Shown here: one piece after another, positions 49,774 to 58,879 of the stretch
How the letters are laid out: every line of letters starts with the position of its first letter
Position numbering within the stretch: the stretch's first letter is position 1
Assembly (NCBI GenBank): GCA_043814095.1
Contig: JBDRKI010000099.1
Span: forward strand, 1 to 64,000
DNA length: 64,000 nt
Source of the DNA: Armatimonadota bacterium
Lineage (GTDB): Bacteria > Vulcanimicrobiota > JACPDS01 > JBDRKI01
Reading direction: 5' to 3'
Made by a program: the position numbers and the translations under genes
The notes under the pieces: model-generated
The model's input: the letters and a program-made list of their open reading frames with translations, nothing else
Database searches by the model: none
What the model was told of the DNA's origin: nothing

Positions 49774-50324
49774 GACAGGCCTTCCGCTTCTTTGCTGGCC
49801 GGAGCTTGAGAAGCCATACAGGACAGGACAACTTTATTGCCGCCTGAGTCTTTTGCCCCCAAAATGGCGTCATGCCCCGCTGAAATCAGCTCGTCTATCG
49901 TAGAACCGCATTCCGGATACGAAACAACTCCCACATTTATAGCAACCTTTATCTCCGGCACATTCGCGGTGCCTATGAATGTGTGCTCTTCAACAGCTTT
50001 GCGCAAACGCTCTCCGGCGATTCTGGCGCCTTCGAGCGGGGTCTCCGGCAGAATGGCGATAAAAGTCTCGCCGCCGTATCTTCCCGCGAGGTCAACCGTT
50101 CTGTATATTTTCAGTATGAGAGCTCCGAACTGTTTTAAGATAGAATAAGAAACTCCCCATTTTACGTCATAATCCTTGATAAAATAATTATAGTCTAACT
50201 CAAAAAGAAGAAGAGCCAGCGGCCTTTTATACCTTTTAGCCCGCTCAAGTTCATTAGTAAGCCTTTTTTCGAAATACTTCTTATTGTAAAGCCCTGTGAG
50301 TTTATCAATAAGACTATCCTGCAT
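49770..50324 (-). CDS. Stand-alone degenerate GGDEF-domain protein
   Basis: DKLTGLYN start; I-site RTVD; active-site motif reads GGETF. Confidence 0.88.
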   Translation of the reverse strand: MQDSLIDKLTGLYNKKYFEKRLTNELERAKRYKRPLALLLFELDYNYFIKDYDVKWGVSYSILKQFGALILKIYRTVDLAGRYGGETFIAILPETPLEGARIAGERLRKAVEEHTFIGTANVPEIKVAINVGVVSYPECGSTIDELISAGHDAILGAKDSGGNKVVLSCMASQAPASKEAEGLS

Positions 50325-50343
50325 AATAACCTCTCAAATATCC

Positions 50344-51768
50344 TTAAAAGCTTTTCCCGACACCGAATATGGAAGTTTTAAGCTGGGGATCAAACACATT
50401 TCTCTGGCCGCCCAGAAGGTAAAACCCCGCGCCCACTTTAACCCTTCCTATGGCATCTACTTTTGTATTTTGAGTATCATAAGCATCAACCGATACTTCA
50501 AAGAATTTTCCTATCCTGGTGTCAAAGCCTATGCCGAGATTAGACCTTATTATGCCGAGTCTCGGGAATATCATGTCTTTATAATTAGTACCGGCCTGGA
50601 GATTATATAATGCGCCGTGACCTATATTGTCCGCTCCTATTTTATAATTCATTTTTCCGTCAGGGAAAAGCCTTAGATTCATATTGGGGGTTGAAAGTCC
50701 GGTTGCCTTAACCCATTCACCCTCAACATCCAGCCTGAATAATTTATTTTTCTTCTCCCCGTCACCGCCGATTATGTCATTTACGTTTGAAAACATTACA
50801 TTGGCCTGGTGAACCGTCTTTTTTGCTTCGCTTATTGTTTCTTTTAAGTCCTGCCTTATCTGCGGGTCGCTTGTTATTATCCTTATATCCGACGCTATGC
50901 CGGCTATGTTCTCCGACGCATCCTTTATGTTTGAAAGAGTAGCGGCTATATCTTCACTGAACTCTTCTTTGGTTACTATCTCATTTATTTTAGCAACCGC
51001 TGAATTTAAATTTACGGACATCTCTTTTATGTTCGTGACAATAACCTTCAGGTCATCTTCGTTATGGTTTGCCATCCTGTTAACAGAACCGCTGAACCCC
51101 ATAAGGTCGGAAGTTATCCTGTCAACAGAGCCCCTAAGATCGGCAACCATGCCTTTAACATCATTGCTTATTGATGATATGCTGCTGTCTATATTTTTAG
51201 ACGCGCTGTAGAAATTTGATACCGTTCCCTTGAATTCCGCCTGCATCTTAGGATCGCCCACCAGCTTATTTATCTGGGCTACGGCTTCCCTTAACTGCCT
51301 TAAAGTCTGCTGTCCTTCAACAAGCATTCTTTCAACCGATACCGGCGGCTGACCAAGAACTATATCTCCGGGGTTAAGGGGCGCCGCGGGTATCTGCGGA
51401 CCGGAGAGCCCCTCCTCTTTGGGCCTGGGATATATCTCAACCCATTTGTCGCCGAATAAAGACCCTAAAATAGTAAATATGGCATCTTTCTCTATCTGCA
51501 GTCCCTTATATGTTATTATAAGGGTGACCTCCACCCTGCCGTTCGGCAGTATCTCTATCTTCTTAACCTTGCCGACGGTAACACCCGAGAGAGAAACCTT
51601 GGCCTGTGGCTGAAGCCCGGCTATCTGATCAAAGACAACTCCTATCTCGTAACCGCTCTCCCTGTCCTTCCAGCTGCCTATCTGCGAGAATATAAGACCT
51701 ACGATTATCAATGCCAGCAAAGTGATCATTCCTACTTTCGCCGCTGATGAAATTTCCAAAACCATCAC
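50344..51768 (-). CDS. mlaD: MlaD/MCE protein with long helical stalk and predicted C-terminal beta-barrel region
   Basis: N-terminal TM, MCE domain (GLQPQAKVSLSGVTVGKV, LFGDKWVEI), heptad region, alternating beta C-terminus ending GVGKSF. Confidence 0.88.
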   Translation of the reverse strand: MMVLEISSAAKVGMITLLALIIVGLIFSQIGSWKDRESGYEIGVVFDQIAGLQPQAKVSLSGVTVGKVKKIEILPNGRVEVTLIITYKGLQIEKDAIFTILGSLFGDKWVEIYPRPKEEGLSGPQIPAAPLNPGDIVLGQPPVSVERMLVEGQQTLRQLREAVAQINKLVGDPKMQAEFKGTVSNFYSASKNIDSSISSISNDVKGMVADLRGSVDRITSDLMGFSGSVNRMANHNEDDLKVIVTNIKEMSVNLNSAVAKINEIVTKEEFSEDIAATLSNIKDASENIAGIASDIRIITSDPQIRQDLKETISEAKKTVHQANVMFSNVNDIIGGDGEKKNKLFRLDVEGEWVKATGLSTPNMNLRLFPDGKMNYKIGADNIGHGALYNLQAGTNYKDMIFPRLGIIRSNLGIGFDTRIGKFFEVSVDAYDTQNTKVDAIGRVKVGAGFYLLGGQRNVFDPQLKTSIFGVGKSF

Positions 51769-51781
51769 CCCTTCATTATGT

Positions 51782-52528
51782 CTATACCTTTATCGGTCCT
51801 TTTATGCTTCCGTGAATAAACTGCTGTACAACCGGATCTTTTGACTTTATAAACTCATCTTTTGTGCCGCATGCCACTATCTTGCCGTTATACAGCATGG
51901 CTATTTTATCACCTACCTGATACGCGCTCTCTAAATCATGAGTAACGACAACCGAGGTCGCGCTTAATCGTTTTTTTAAATCATTTATCAAGCCGCTTAT
52001 AACATTGCTCATTATGGGATCAAGCCCCGTTGTGGGCTCATCATAAAGTATTACCTCCGGTTTTATGGCTATAGTCCTGGCAAGAGACGCCCTTTTCTGC
52101 ATGCCCCCGGAAAGCTGTGCCGGCATAAGATGCGATTTGCCTTCAAGATCCACGATAGAGAGCATCTCGCCCACAACCTGCTGTATCTCTTCTTCCTTCA
52201 TGTGGGTGGCAAATTCCCTTAACCCGAACGCCACATTGTCCCCCACGTTAAGCGAGTCAAAAAGAGCCGGGCTCTGAAAAACCATTCCTACTTTTCTTCT
52301 TACCCTATCAAGTTCTTTACCCGAAAGGTTTGTTACATTTTTTCCCTCTATATATATATCACCACTAAAAGGCCTTAAAAGTCCTGTTATGGCCTTAAGA
52401 AGGGTGCTTTTGCCCACCCCGCTCAAACCCATAACAACAAGAGTCTCGCCTTTTTCAACGTCCAGGTTTATATTCTTTAATATGTCTTTTGATCCGAGCC
52501 TTATAACAAGGTTTCTTATCTTTATCAT
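51782..52528 (-). CDS. mlaF: ABC transporter ATP-binding protein MlaF
   Basis: GLSGVGKS, FQSPALFDSL, LSGGMQKR and YDEPTTGLDP motifs. Confidence 0.93.
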   Translation of the reverse strand: MIKIRNLVIRLGSKDILKNINLDVEKGETLVVMGLSGVGKSTLLKAITGLLRPFSGDIYIEGKNVTNLSGKELDRVRRKVGMVFQSPALFDSLNVGDNVAFGLREFATHMKEEEIQQVVGEMLSIVDLEGKSHLMPAQLSGGMQKRASLARTIAIKPEVILYDEPTTGLDPIMSNVISGLINDLKKRLSATSVVVTHDLESAYQVGDKIAMLYNGKIVACGTKDEFIKSKDPVVQQFIHGSIKGPIKV

Positions 52529-52551
52529 AACCCTTTACCTTAATTTATTAT

Positions 52552-53322
52552 TTAAAACAACCATGCGGACATAAAATAATTCGTGACAAAAACAAGTATT
52601 ATTGAATATACAACGGAACCGGTAGTAGCCTTACCGACACCGGCGGCCCCGCCTGAAGTATTTAATCCCTGGAAACAGCTTATCAGGGCTATCTCTACGG
52701 CAAACACGGCGGCTTTGTAAAGCCCGCCCCATAAATCCTGCATATCAAGCATTGTTCTTATGGAATCAAAAAATGTATGGTACTGCACATTAGCCATATA
52801 TTTCGCCACAATGGCTCCGCCAACTGTCCCGAAAAGATTCGCAAATAACGTAAGTATGGGTATCATAACAATGCACGCCAGCAATCTGGGCACAACAAGC
52901 TGTTTAACCGGGCTTACCGCCATGGCCTTAAGAGCGTCTATCTGCTCGGTAACTTTCATCGAACCAATCTCCGCCGTAATGGCGCTGCCCGCCCTGCCCG
53001 CCACAACTATGGCCGTAAGCATCGGGGCAAATTCCCTGCCCATGGCCATTGCGACACCGCCGCCCACAAGAGTGCCGACACCGTATTTTACGGCCAGCTG
53101 GGCAAGCTCAAGCGATATAACCATACCGGCAAAACAGGTTGTAAGGACAACTATGGATAAAGAGTTAACCCCCAGTATGGCCATCTGGTCAAGGGTCAGA
53201 TTAATTTTTACGTTGCCTTTAAATATATATGAAAGTGTTTCAAAAAAAAGCATTACTATGCCGCCGATATAATCGAACAGCCTTATTAACCATAACCCTA
53301 TATCTTCAAATATTGCAAACAT
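52552..53322 (-). CDS. mlaE: ABC transporter permease MlaE
   Basis: REFAP, AGRAGSAITAEIGSMKVTEQIDAL and GVGKATT motifs. Confidence 0.95.
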   Translation of the reverse strand: MFAIFEDIGLWLIRLFDYIGGIVMLFFETLSYIFKGNVKINLTLDQMAILGVNSLSIVVLTTCFAGMVISLELAQLAVKYGVGTLVGGGVAMAMGREFAPMLTAIVVAGRAGSAITAEIGSMKVTEQIDALKAMAVSPVKQLVVPRLLACIVMIPILTLFANLFGTVGGAIVAKYMANVQYHTFFDSIRTMLDMQDLWGGLYKAAVFAVEIALISCFQGLNTSGGAAGVGKATTGSVVYSIILVFVTNYFMSAWLF

Positions 53323-53425
53323 AAGTTTTTAATTTCTTTATAATAAAAATTATTCCTTTTTTATTAAACTTAACAATCATTATAAATTTTTTACACCGAT
53401 AATCTAAGAAAAGTTACCGCCAAAA

Positions 53426-53439
53426 AGAACACTTGTTCG
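53426..53439. promoter_or_regulatory. Gram-positive-type LexA (SOS/Cheo) box
   Basis: AGAACACTTGTTCG; reverse complement CGAACAAGTGTTCT fits CGAAC-RNRY-GTTC. Confidence 0.65.
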
Positions 53440-53448
53440 GTTTTCAAA

Positions 53449-53476
53449 TTGACAAAATACCCCGTTCTGATATAAT
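53449..53476 (+). promoter_or_regulatory. Sigma-70/A promoter for the SLT gene
   Basis: TTGACA-16 bp-TATAAT with extended -10 TG. Confidence 0.75.
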
Positions 53477-53550
53477 TTTATTAATTGAATATTCAGCATA
53501 ATATAATTCAGGTCTCATCCTGAAATTTGTTTTTTACGGGGTTATTTATC

Positions 53551-54291
53551 ATGAAGAAGAAACTTTTTAAAATATTCGCACTAACAATTATGGTAAGCAT
53601 ATTAAGCGCGGCTTCAATGTTCGCTGTCTGTTTCGCGGCAGAAAAAAACACCTGCGTTCTCCCAAATGACTTATCATCGGTAGGGGAGATTGCCTCAAGC
53701 ATTAATCCTGTAAACATTTACTCCAAAGCAGCCAAAAACTACGAAGAATTAAAAAAGACATATAAAAATAAAGAGCACCTGGGAAGAATCGGTTTCGGGA
53801 AACCAAAAGTATTAAAACCTATTTATATTTCCTGCTATAAAACTCACGCGCTGTCAAACAAACACATAACACTGGCCTCAAGAAGCGGGAATCCCGCGCA
53901 TTCCCATAAAGTTAAAGTTGATATAGCCCCCCTTATAGAAAAATACGCGAACAAGTACAAAGTAGACCCGCACCTTGTAAAGGCCATCATGAAAACAGAA
54001 TCAAACTTTAATCCTTACGCCGTAAGTCCATGGGGAGCCAAAGGACTTATGCAGTTAATGCCGGCAACGGCAAAATCTCTGGGAGTTACCGATATATTTG
54101 ACCCCGAGCAGAATATTCATGCAGGAACAAGATACATAAAAGGGCTTATAGAGAGAATGGGAAATATGACTTTTGCCATAGCCGCATATAACGCAGGGCC
54201 GTACAACGTTAAAAAATACGGGGGTGTTCCTCCTTTCGCGGAAACAAGAAATTTTGTAAGAAAAGTCATGAGGCACTATAATAATAGATAA
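53551..54291 (+). CDS. Lytic transglycosylase (SLT domain), secreted
   Basis: Signal peptide; AIMKTESNFNP, GAKGLMQLMP, AAYNAGP and ETRNFV motifs. ATG at 53551 (track start 53527). Confidence 0.93.
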   Translation: MKKKLFKIFALTIMVSILSAASMFAVCFAAEKNTCVLPNDLSSVGEIASSINPVNIYSKAAKNYEELKKTYKNKEHLGRIGFGKPKVLKPIYISCYKTHALSNKHITLASRSGNPAHSHKVKVDIAPLIEKYANKYKVDPHLVKAIMKTESNFNPYAVSPWGAKGLMQLMPATAKSLGVTDIFDPEQNIHAGTRYIKGLIERMGNMTFAIAAYNAGPYNVKKYGGVPPFAETRNFVRKVMRHYNNR

Positions 54292-54312
54292 TTTAAAATA
54301 ACACTCAAAAGC

Positions 54313-54348
54313 AAAAAGCGGAGCTTAATTTTAAGACTCCGCTTTTTT
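54313..54348. terminator. Bidirectional intrinsic terminator
   Basis: AAAAAGCGGAG...CTCCGCTTTTTT between convergent genes. Confidence 0.8.
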
Positions 54349-54370
54349 ATATACTCTTATCCTTATTCGT

Positions 54371-55081
54371 TTAATTTTCCGAACAGGGAGGACATGTATT
54401 CTGCTGCTGCTGCTGGCCCTGCTGCCACGAAGGATGCGGCTGATCTCCCGGATGCATAAACAGTACCGCCATGGCCTGTATTGTGCCGCCTGAAAGCTGG
54501 CCGCTTACCGTTACCTTGTCACCCTGCCGTATCTGGCTGATTGATGAGAACTGTCCGGCGGGCTCGGCTCCGTTCGCAAACGTAGTCATGGGAGATATAA
54601 CAACATTTAAGGGTCCCTGCTGTGTATTCAGAACAATCGCTTGCGGCGCCACACTGCTGACTATTCCTCCGGCAAACTGGGGCTGCTGCCCCTGCTGCTG
54701 TTGCTGTTCCATGTACTGAGGATAAGTCTGCGGAGATGAATTCTGCGGCTGGGCTTTAAACTGGGGCAAAAATATTATTTTCTGCGCCTTAATAGTCTGG
54801 GTCTGAAAATTAGCCATACCGGCAACACCGACCATGTCCCCCGGAGAAATATTGTTAATAGATGCCGGTGCTCCGGTTATTTTATTCGTAATTGTAGCCT
54901 GCGGGGAAACATATATGGTGATTCTCTGACCCTGCTGTCCCGTTAAAATAAGAATTCCCTGCGCGGCATTAACTTCAGCGCATTCCGCGCTTCCTTCAAA
55001 ATACTGCTCCTGCTGAGCACACGCAAAAGAAACAGAAAGAAACAATAAAACAAGACTTAATACAAGTATTTTTTTATACAT
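54371..55081 (-). CDS. Secreted Gln-rich protein with two DUF5666-like beta domains
   Basis: Signal peptide; two similar units (I-x-x-GD-x-V-x-V-x-G...TI-x-A) separated by poly-Q; AGGGAGGA SD. Confidence 0.75.
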   Translation of the reverse strand: MYKKILVLSLVLLFLSVSFACAQQEQYFEGSAECAEVNAAQGILILTGQQGQRITIYVSPQATITNKITGAPASINNISPGDMVGVAGMANFQTQTIKAQKIIFLPQFKAQPQNSSPQTYPQYMEQQQQQGQQPQFAGGIVSSVAPQAIVLNTQQGPLNVVISPMTTFANGAEPAGQFSSISQIRQGDKVTVSGQLSGGTIQAMAVLFMHPGDQPHPSWQQGQQQQQNTCPPCSEN

Positions 55082-55261
55082 ACTTCCTCCCTGTAAATAA
55101 ATTTAATTCTTATAAATTCTAATAAACTGATTAAAATCCTTTGAAATTATATTGTGAATATTTTTCAAAAAAATATAAAATTTGGAAGGTTTTGCTTTAA
55201 CAAAAGTATAATTTATTATAATAATTAAATTTAAACAATAAAAACAGGAGGTTAATTTTTT

Positions 55262-56473
55262 ATGAAAAAAATTACTTTTAAATTTCTTTTGCTGGCATTA
55301 ATAATGACTTTTTCCGTCTTTATTATATCCGGCTGTGCGGTAGTTGAAACATCAACAGGCACAACTTCCGCCGTAACATCAGCAATCAAAATAATAGCGG
55401 CGGGACAGTTCAGCTCCTTTAACGGCAGCTCTTATAACAACTTAGTTCAGCTTGATGATACCGGCACTATTGACGGTAATTTTAATGCGGGAACAGGTCC
55501 TGCCGGACCTGTTTATACAACAGCTTTACAGGATGACAAAAAAGTAGTCATCGGCGGATTCTTCACTTCGTTCAACGGAGATACTCATAATTACATAGCC
55601 CGAATTCTTGCAAACGGCACGATTGACGAAGATTTTTCGTCCGGCACAGGCGCGAATTCCTTCATAACCACAATGGCTCTGCAAAATGACGGAAAAATAC
55701 TGATCTGCGGGATGTTTACAACATATAACGGAACAGCAAGGGTAAGAATAGCAAGACTAAATGCCGACGGGACACTGGATACGAATTTTGATCCCGGAGA
55801 CGGCGCAAACCAGAGAATAAACTCAATCGCGCTACAAACCAACGGGAGCATACTCATCGGCGGTATATTCACGGCATACAACGGAACTGCAAGAGCCATG
55901 CTGGCCAGAGTAAATCCCGACGGAACTCTTGATGCGGCATTTGATCCCGGTACTGGCGCTAACAACAATGTTAGCTCAATAAATGTATTAAGCGACGGAA
56001 AAATACTGATTACCGGAGCATTCACAACCTACAACGGGACAACCGTTAACAGAATCGCCAGACTTAATGTAGACGGCACCATTGACAACACCTTTAATAA
56101 CGGCGGAGCGGGAGCCAACGATTCTATCAGGTCAGCGGCAGTATTAAGCGACGGAAGCATCATAATATGCGGCATATTTACAACATATAACGGAACAGCA
56201 AGATCAAGAGTGGCAAAGTTAAGCTCAGACGGCACGCTCAATGAAGATTTTGATCCCGGCACAGGCGCTGATGCTGAAGTTAATACCTTAAAAGTACAGA
56301 GTACCGGCAAAATACTGATCGGCGGTGACTTTACAAATTACAACAGAACAGACATAAACAGGATAGCCAGACTAAATGCCGACGGGACCCTTGATACAAG
56401 CTTTAATCCCGGCACGGGAGCATCAACGGATTCTGACTGGATATATACAATCCAGACAACAACTTCAACTTAA
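55262..56473 (+). CDS. Lipoprotein with seven delta-60 repeats (predicted beta-propeller)
   Basis: Lipobox ISGC; seven ~54-aa repeats GKIL(I)xGxFTxYNG...RIARLNxDGTLDxxFxPGxGA; AGGAGG SD. Confidence 0.88.
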   Translation: MKKITFKFLLLALIMTFSVFIISGCAVVETSTGTTSAVTSAIKIIAAGQFSSFNGSSYNNLVQLDDTGTIDGNFNAGTGPAGPVYTTALQDDKKVVIGGFFTSFNGDTHNYIARILANGTIDEDFSSGTGANSFITTMALQNDGKILICGMFTTYNGTARVRIARLNADGTLDTNFDPGDGANQRINSIALQTNGSILIGGIFTAYNGTARAMLARVNPDGTLDAAFDPGTGANNNVSSINVLSDGKILITGAFTTYNGTTVNRIARLNVDGTIDNTFNNGGAGANDSIRSAAVLSDGSIIICGIFTTYNGTARSRVAKLSSDGTLNEDFDPGTGADAEVNTLKVQSTGKILIGGDFTNYNRTDINRIARLNADGTLDTSFNPGTGASTDSDWIYTIQTTTST

Positions 56474-56506
56474 TTAATTTCTTAAGTTAAATATATATTT
56501 ATCAGT

Positions 56507-56532
56507 CAAAGACGCGCTTTTGCGCGTCTTTG
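56507..56532 (+). terminator. Intrinsic terminator-like hairpin
   Basis: CAAAGACGCGC-TTTT-GCGCGTCTTTG. Confidence 0.7.
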
Positions 56533-56583
56533 CATTAAAATCCTTAATATTTTCTGTTTTATATGTAATATTTAAAAAAACTC

Positions 56584-56612
56584 TTGACCTTTTTGTAAAA
56601 TTAAATTATAAT
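56584..56612 (+). promoter_or_regulatory. Sigma-70/A promoter of the tRNA operon
   Basis: TTGACC-17 bp-TATAAT with an A/T-rich upstream element. Confidence 0.7.
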
Positions 56613-56656
56613 TTGAATCTGTTACAGGATTATAAATTATAGTATAATTTATATGC

Positions 56657-56731
<75 letters not shown>

Positions 56732-56740
56732 TAACAACAT

Positions 56741-56816
56741 GGCCTCGTCGTCTAACGGTTAGGACATCACCCTTTCACGGTGAAGATTGCGGGTTCGAAT
56801 CCCGCCGAGGTCACCA
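56741..56816 (+). tRNA. tRNA-Glu(UUC)
   Basis: GGCCTCG/CGAGGTC acceptor stem, TCACC-CTTTCAC-GGTGA anticodon arm, GTTCGAATC, CCA. Confidence 0.96.
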
Positions 56817-56827
56817 TATTTTTATAA

Positions 56828-56902
56828 GGGCGGATAGCTCAGCGGGAGAGCATCTCGTTTACACCGAGGAGGTCGCAGGTTCAATCCCTGCTCCGCCCAC
56901 CA
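56828..56902 (+). tRNA. tRNA-Val(UAC)
   Basis: GGGCGGA/TCCGCCC acceptor stem, CTCG-TTTACAC-CGAG anticodon arm, GTTCAATC, CCA. Confidence 0.96.
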
Positions 56903-56914
56903 CAATGAAAATAC

Positions 56915-56946
56915 AAAAAAGACTGTCTTAAAAAGACAGTCTTTTT
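56915..56946. terminator. Bidirectional terminator after the tRNA operon
   Basis: AAAAAGACTGTCTT-AAA-AAGACAGTCTTTTT. Confidence 0.8.
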
Positions 56947-56969
56947 ATATCAATAATATTTAAGAAACT

Positions 56970-57227
56970 TTATGCCCCAAGCATATCCTTTATTAAGCTT
57001 TTTAACTCAACATTGCTAGTTTTCGCGTATATTTCAAAAATATCAATAAGCCTGACATTGCTAATCAATGAAGGATTCTCTTTTTTTATCTCTTCTTTTA
57101 CTTTTGTGAGCTTGTCTAAAAAATTTAACTTTGCTTCGGCATACCTGATTTGTTTTTTTCTTGAATATTTTCCAGGACCCATAAAATATTCGGGGATAGT
57201 TTCATAATTTTTAACGCCTGTATCCAT
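56970..57227 (-). CDS. Small hypothetical protein
   Basis: ORF track 56970..57260; ATG at 57227 follows a GGTGG SD-like tract; no family recognised. Confidence 0.5.
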   Translation of the reverse strand: MDTGVKNYETIPEYFMGPGKYSRKKQIRYAEAKLNFLDKLTKVKEEIKKENPSLISNVRLIDIFEIYAKTSNVELKSLIKDMLGA

Positions 57228-57303
57228 AAAGCCACCACCCCTTCTTTTCATATTATACATATATCATACCAGAAATCACATATTTACACAATAACACATT
57301 AAA

Positions 57304-58725
57304 TTATCCGCGCAGATTGTTAATTAGCGACCTTGTCATATTTAATATTTTTGGGGGCATATTTCTTGAAATTATGCCTTTTAAGCAGTAAATTATGTTT
57401 GAAAGAAGAGGCCTTCTGCCCTTATATATATTATAATAAAACCAGTCAAATTCTTTCTGGATCTTATGCCTTGAAAATCCGGGAAGATCAAGAAATGCTT
57501 TTTTTCTTTCCATTCCCGTGTAGGAATTATTGCTTATTAATCCTTGTTCTTCGCATAAATTATAAAGTTCGGTGCCGGGATAGGGGTAAAAGATGCCTAA
57601 TCTGGCTTCATCGGGAGAACATTCTCTGGCGCATTGTATTGTTTCTTTAAAATCACACGGGGTTTCGGTTGGAAGCCCGACCATCATATACAGATTTACT
57701 TTAAGCCCGGCGACCCTTGCTTGTTTAACCGCCTTTATTATATCTTCATTAGAATAACGCCTCTTGAGTATTTCTTCCCTGATTCTTCCGTTCCCTGATT
57801 CCAGTCCTATATTTACAAATTCAAAATTTGCTTTCTTTAATGAGTTAAAAAGCCCCGAATAATCAACACCCGGGATTATTCTTAAATTTGCTCCGTAACT
57901 TAATTTATTTTTAACCGTTCTGTTAAATTCTTCAAGTTCTGAACATAAGTTTAGGGCAAACTCCGTATTTACTCCTATAGTTTCTATCTCAAAATATATA
58001 CAGCTTGAGTTCGGGAATAATCTCAAAAGATCTTTTATCTCTTTTAATATATTGCCCGGGGACATTAACCTTACATACCGGCCCCTAGCAAGCCCGGCCA
58101 GCACATGGTTACAGCAGTACGTACACCGGAAGGGACACCCTCTTCCTATAAGAACAGGTTGGGTGGATTTTACATCTTTAATACATTTTGCCCAAATCTT
58201 TCTGTCAGGAAAAGGTAATTTACCTAAATCCTGGAGAAAATCCCTTACAGGATTTTTTTCTATCTCCCTTCCTTGTTTAATCCATAAATTCTTTATTCTT
58301 GACGGCTTTTGATCTTTTTCCAGCTGTTCTACAAGCTCCAGAACCGGGTATTCACCCTCCCCTATACATAAAGCATCAAATGGATCTTTTATTACTTCAT
58401 CGGGATTTAAGGATACATGCGGGCCGCCTGCTATAAGGTAAATGCCGGGGTATTTCATTTTTATATATCCGGCTGTTTTGGAAATAAAATCATATTCGGT
58501 GGCAAGAGCGGTGAAACATATTAATTTTGGATTAAATTCTTTTACAGTTTTATCTATTAATTTTTCTTTGTCTTTTAACCCCAGAACAAGCAGATCGGTA
58601 TTATGACCGTTAAGCTTTAAAACAGATGAGATATACGATATCCCCATCCTTATATCTATCCAGTGACCTAAAGGCTTAATCGGGTCCGTATAATCTAATG
58701 ATCCTGTTATGAATAATATATTCAT
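57304..58725 (-). CDS. B12-binding domain radical SAM protein
   Basis: N-terminal cobalamin-binding domain (GGPHVS, IGEGE), RGCPFRCTYC, IGLESG, MVGLPTET and PYPGTELY motifs. Confidence 0.92.
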   Translation of the reverse strand: MNILFITGSLDYTDPIKPLGHWIDIRMGISYISSVLKLNGHNTDLLVLGLKDKEKLIDKTVKEFNPKLICFTALATEYDFISKTAGYIKMKYPGIYLIAGGPHVSLNPDEVIKDPFDALCIGEGEYPVLELVEQLEKDQKPSRIKNLWIKQGREIEKNPVRDFLQDLGKLPFPDRKIWAKCIKDVKSTQPVLIGRGCPFRCTYCCNHVLAGLARGRYVRLMSPGNILKEIKDLLRLFPNSSCIYFEIETIGVNTEFALNLCSELEEFNRTVKNKLSYGANLRIIPGVDYSGLFNSLKKANFEFVNIGLESGNGRIREEILKRRYSNEDIIKAVKQARVAGLKVNLYMMVGLPTETPCDFKETIQCARECSPDEARLGIFYPYPGTELYNLCEEQGLISNNSYTGMERKKAFLDLPGFSRHKIQKEFDWFYYNIYKGRRPLLSNIIYCLKGIISRNMPPKILNMTRSLINNLRG

Positions 58726-58879
58726 TAATTTTATCCCCTACTATATTATAACTGTTAAATTTTTTATATGAAAGGATTTATCCTTTTTATTTCATATAAA
58801 TATAATTATGGAAGGATTTTATTATTTTTTAAAGAAAACTTTTAAACTTATATAAATTTAAAAAGGAGGACAACAAGCC

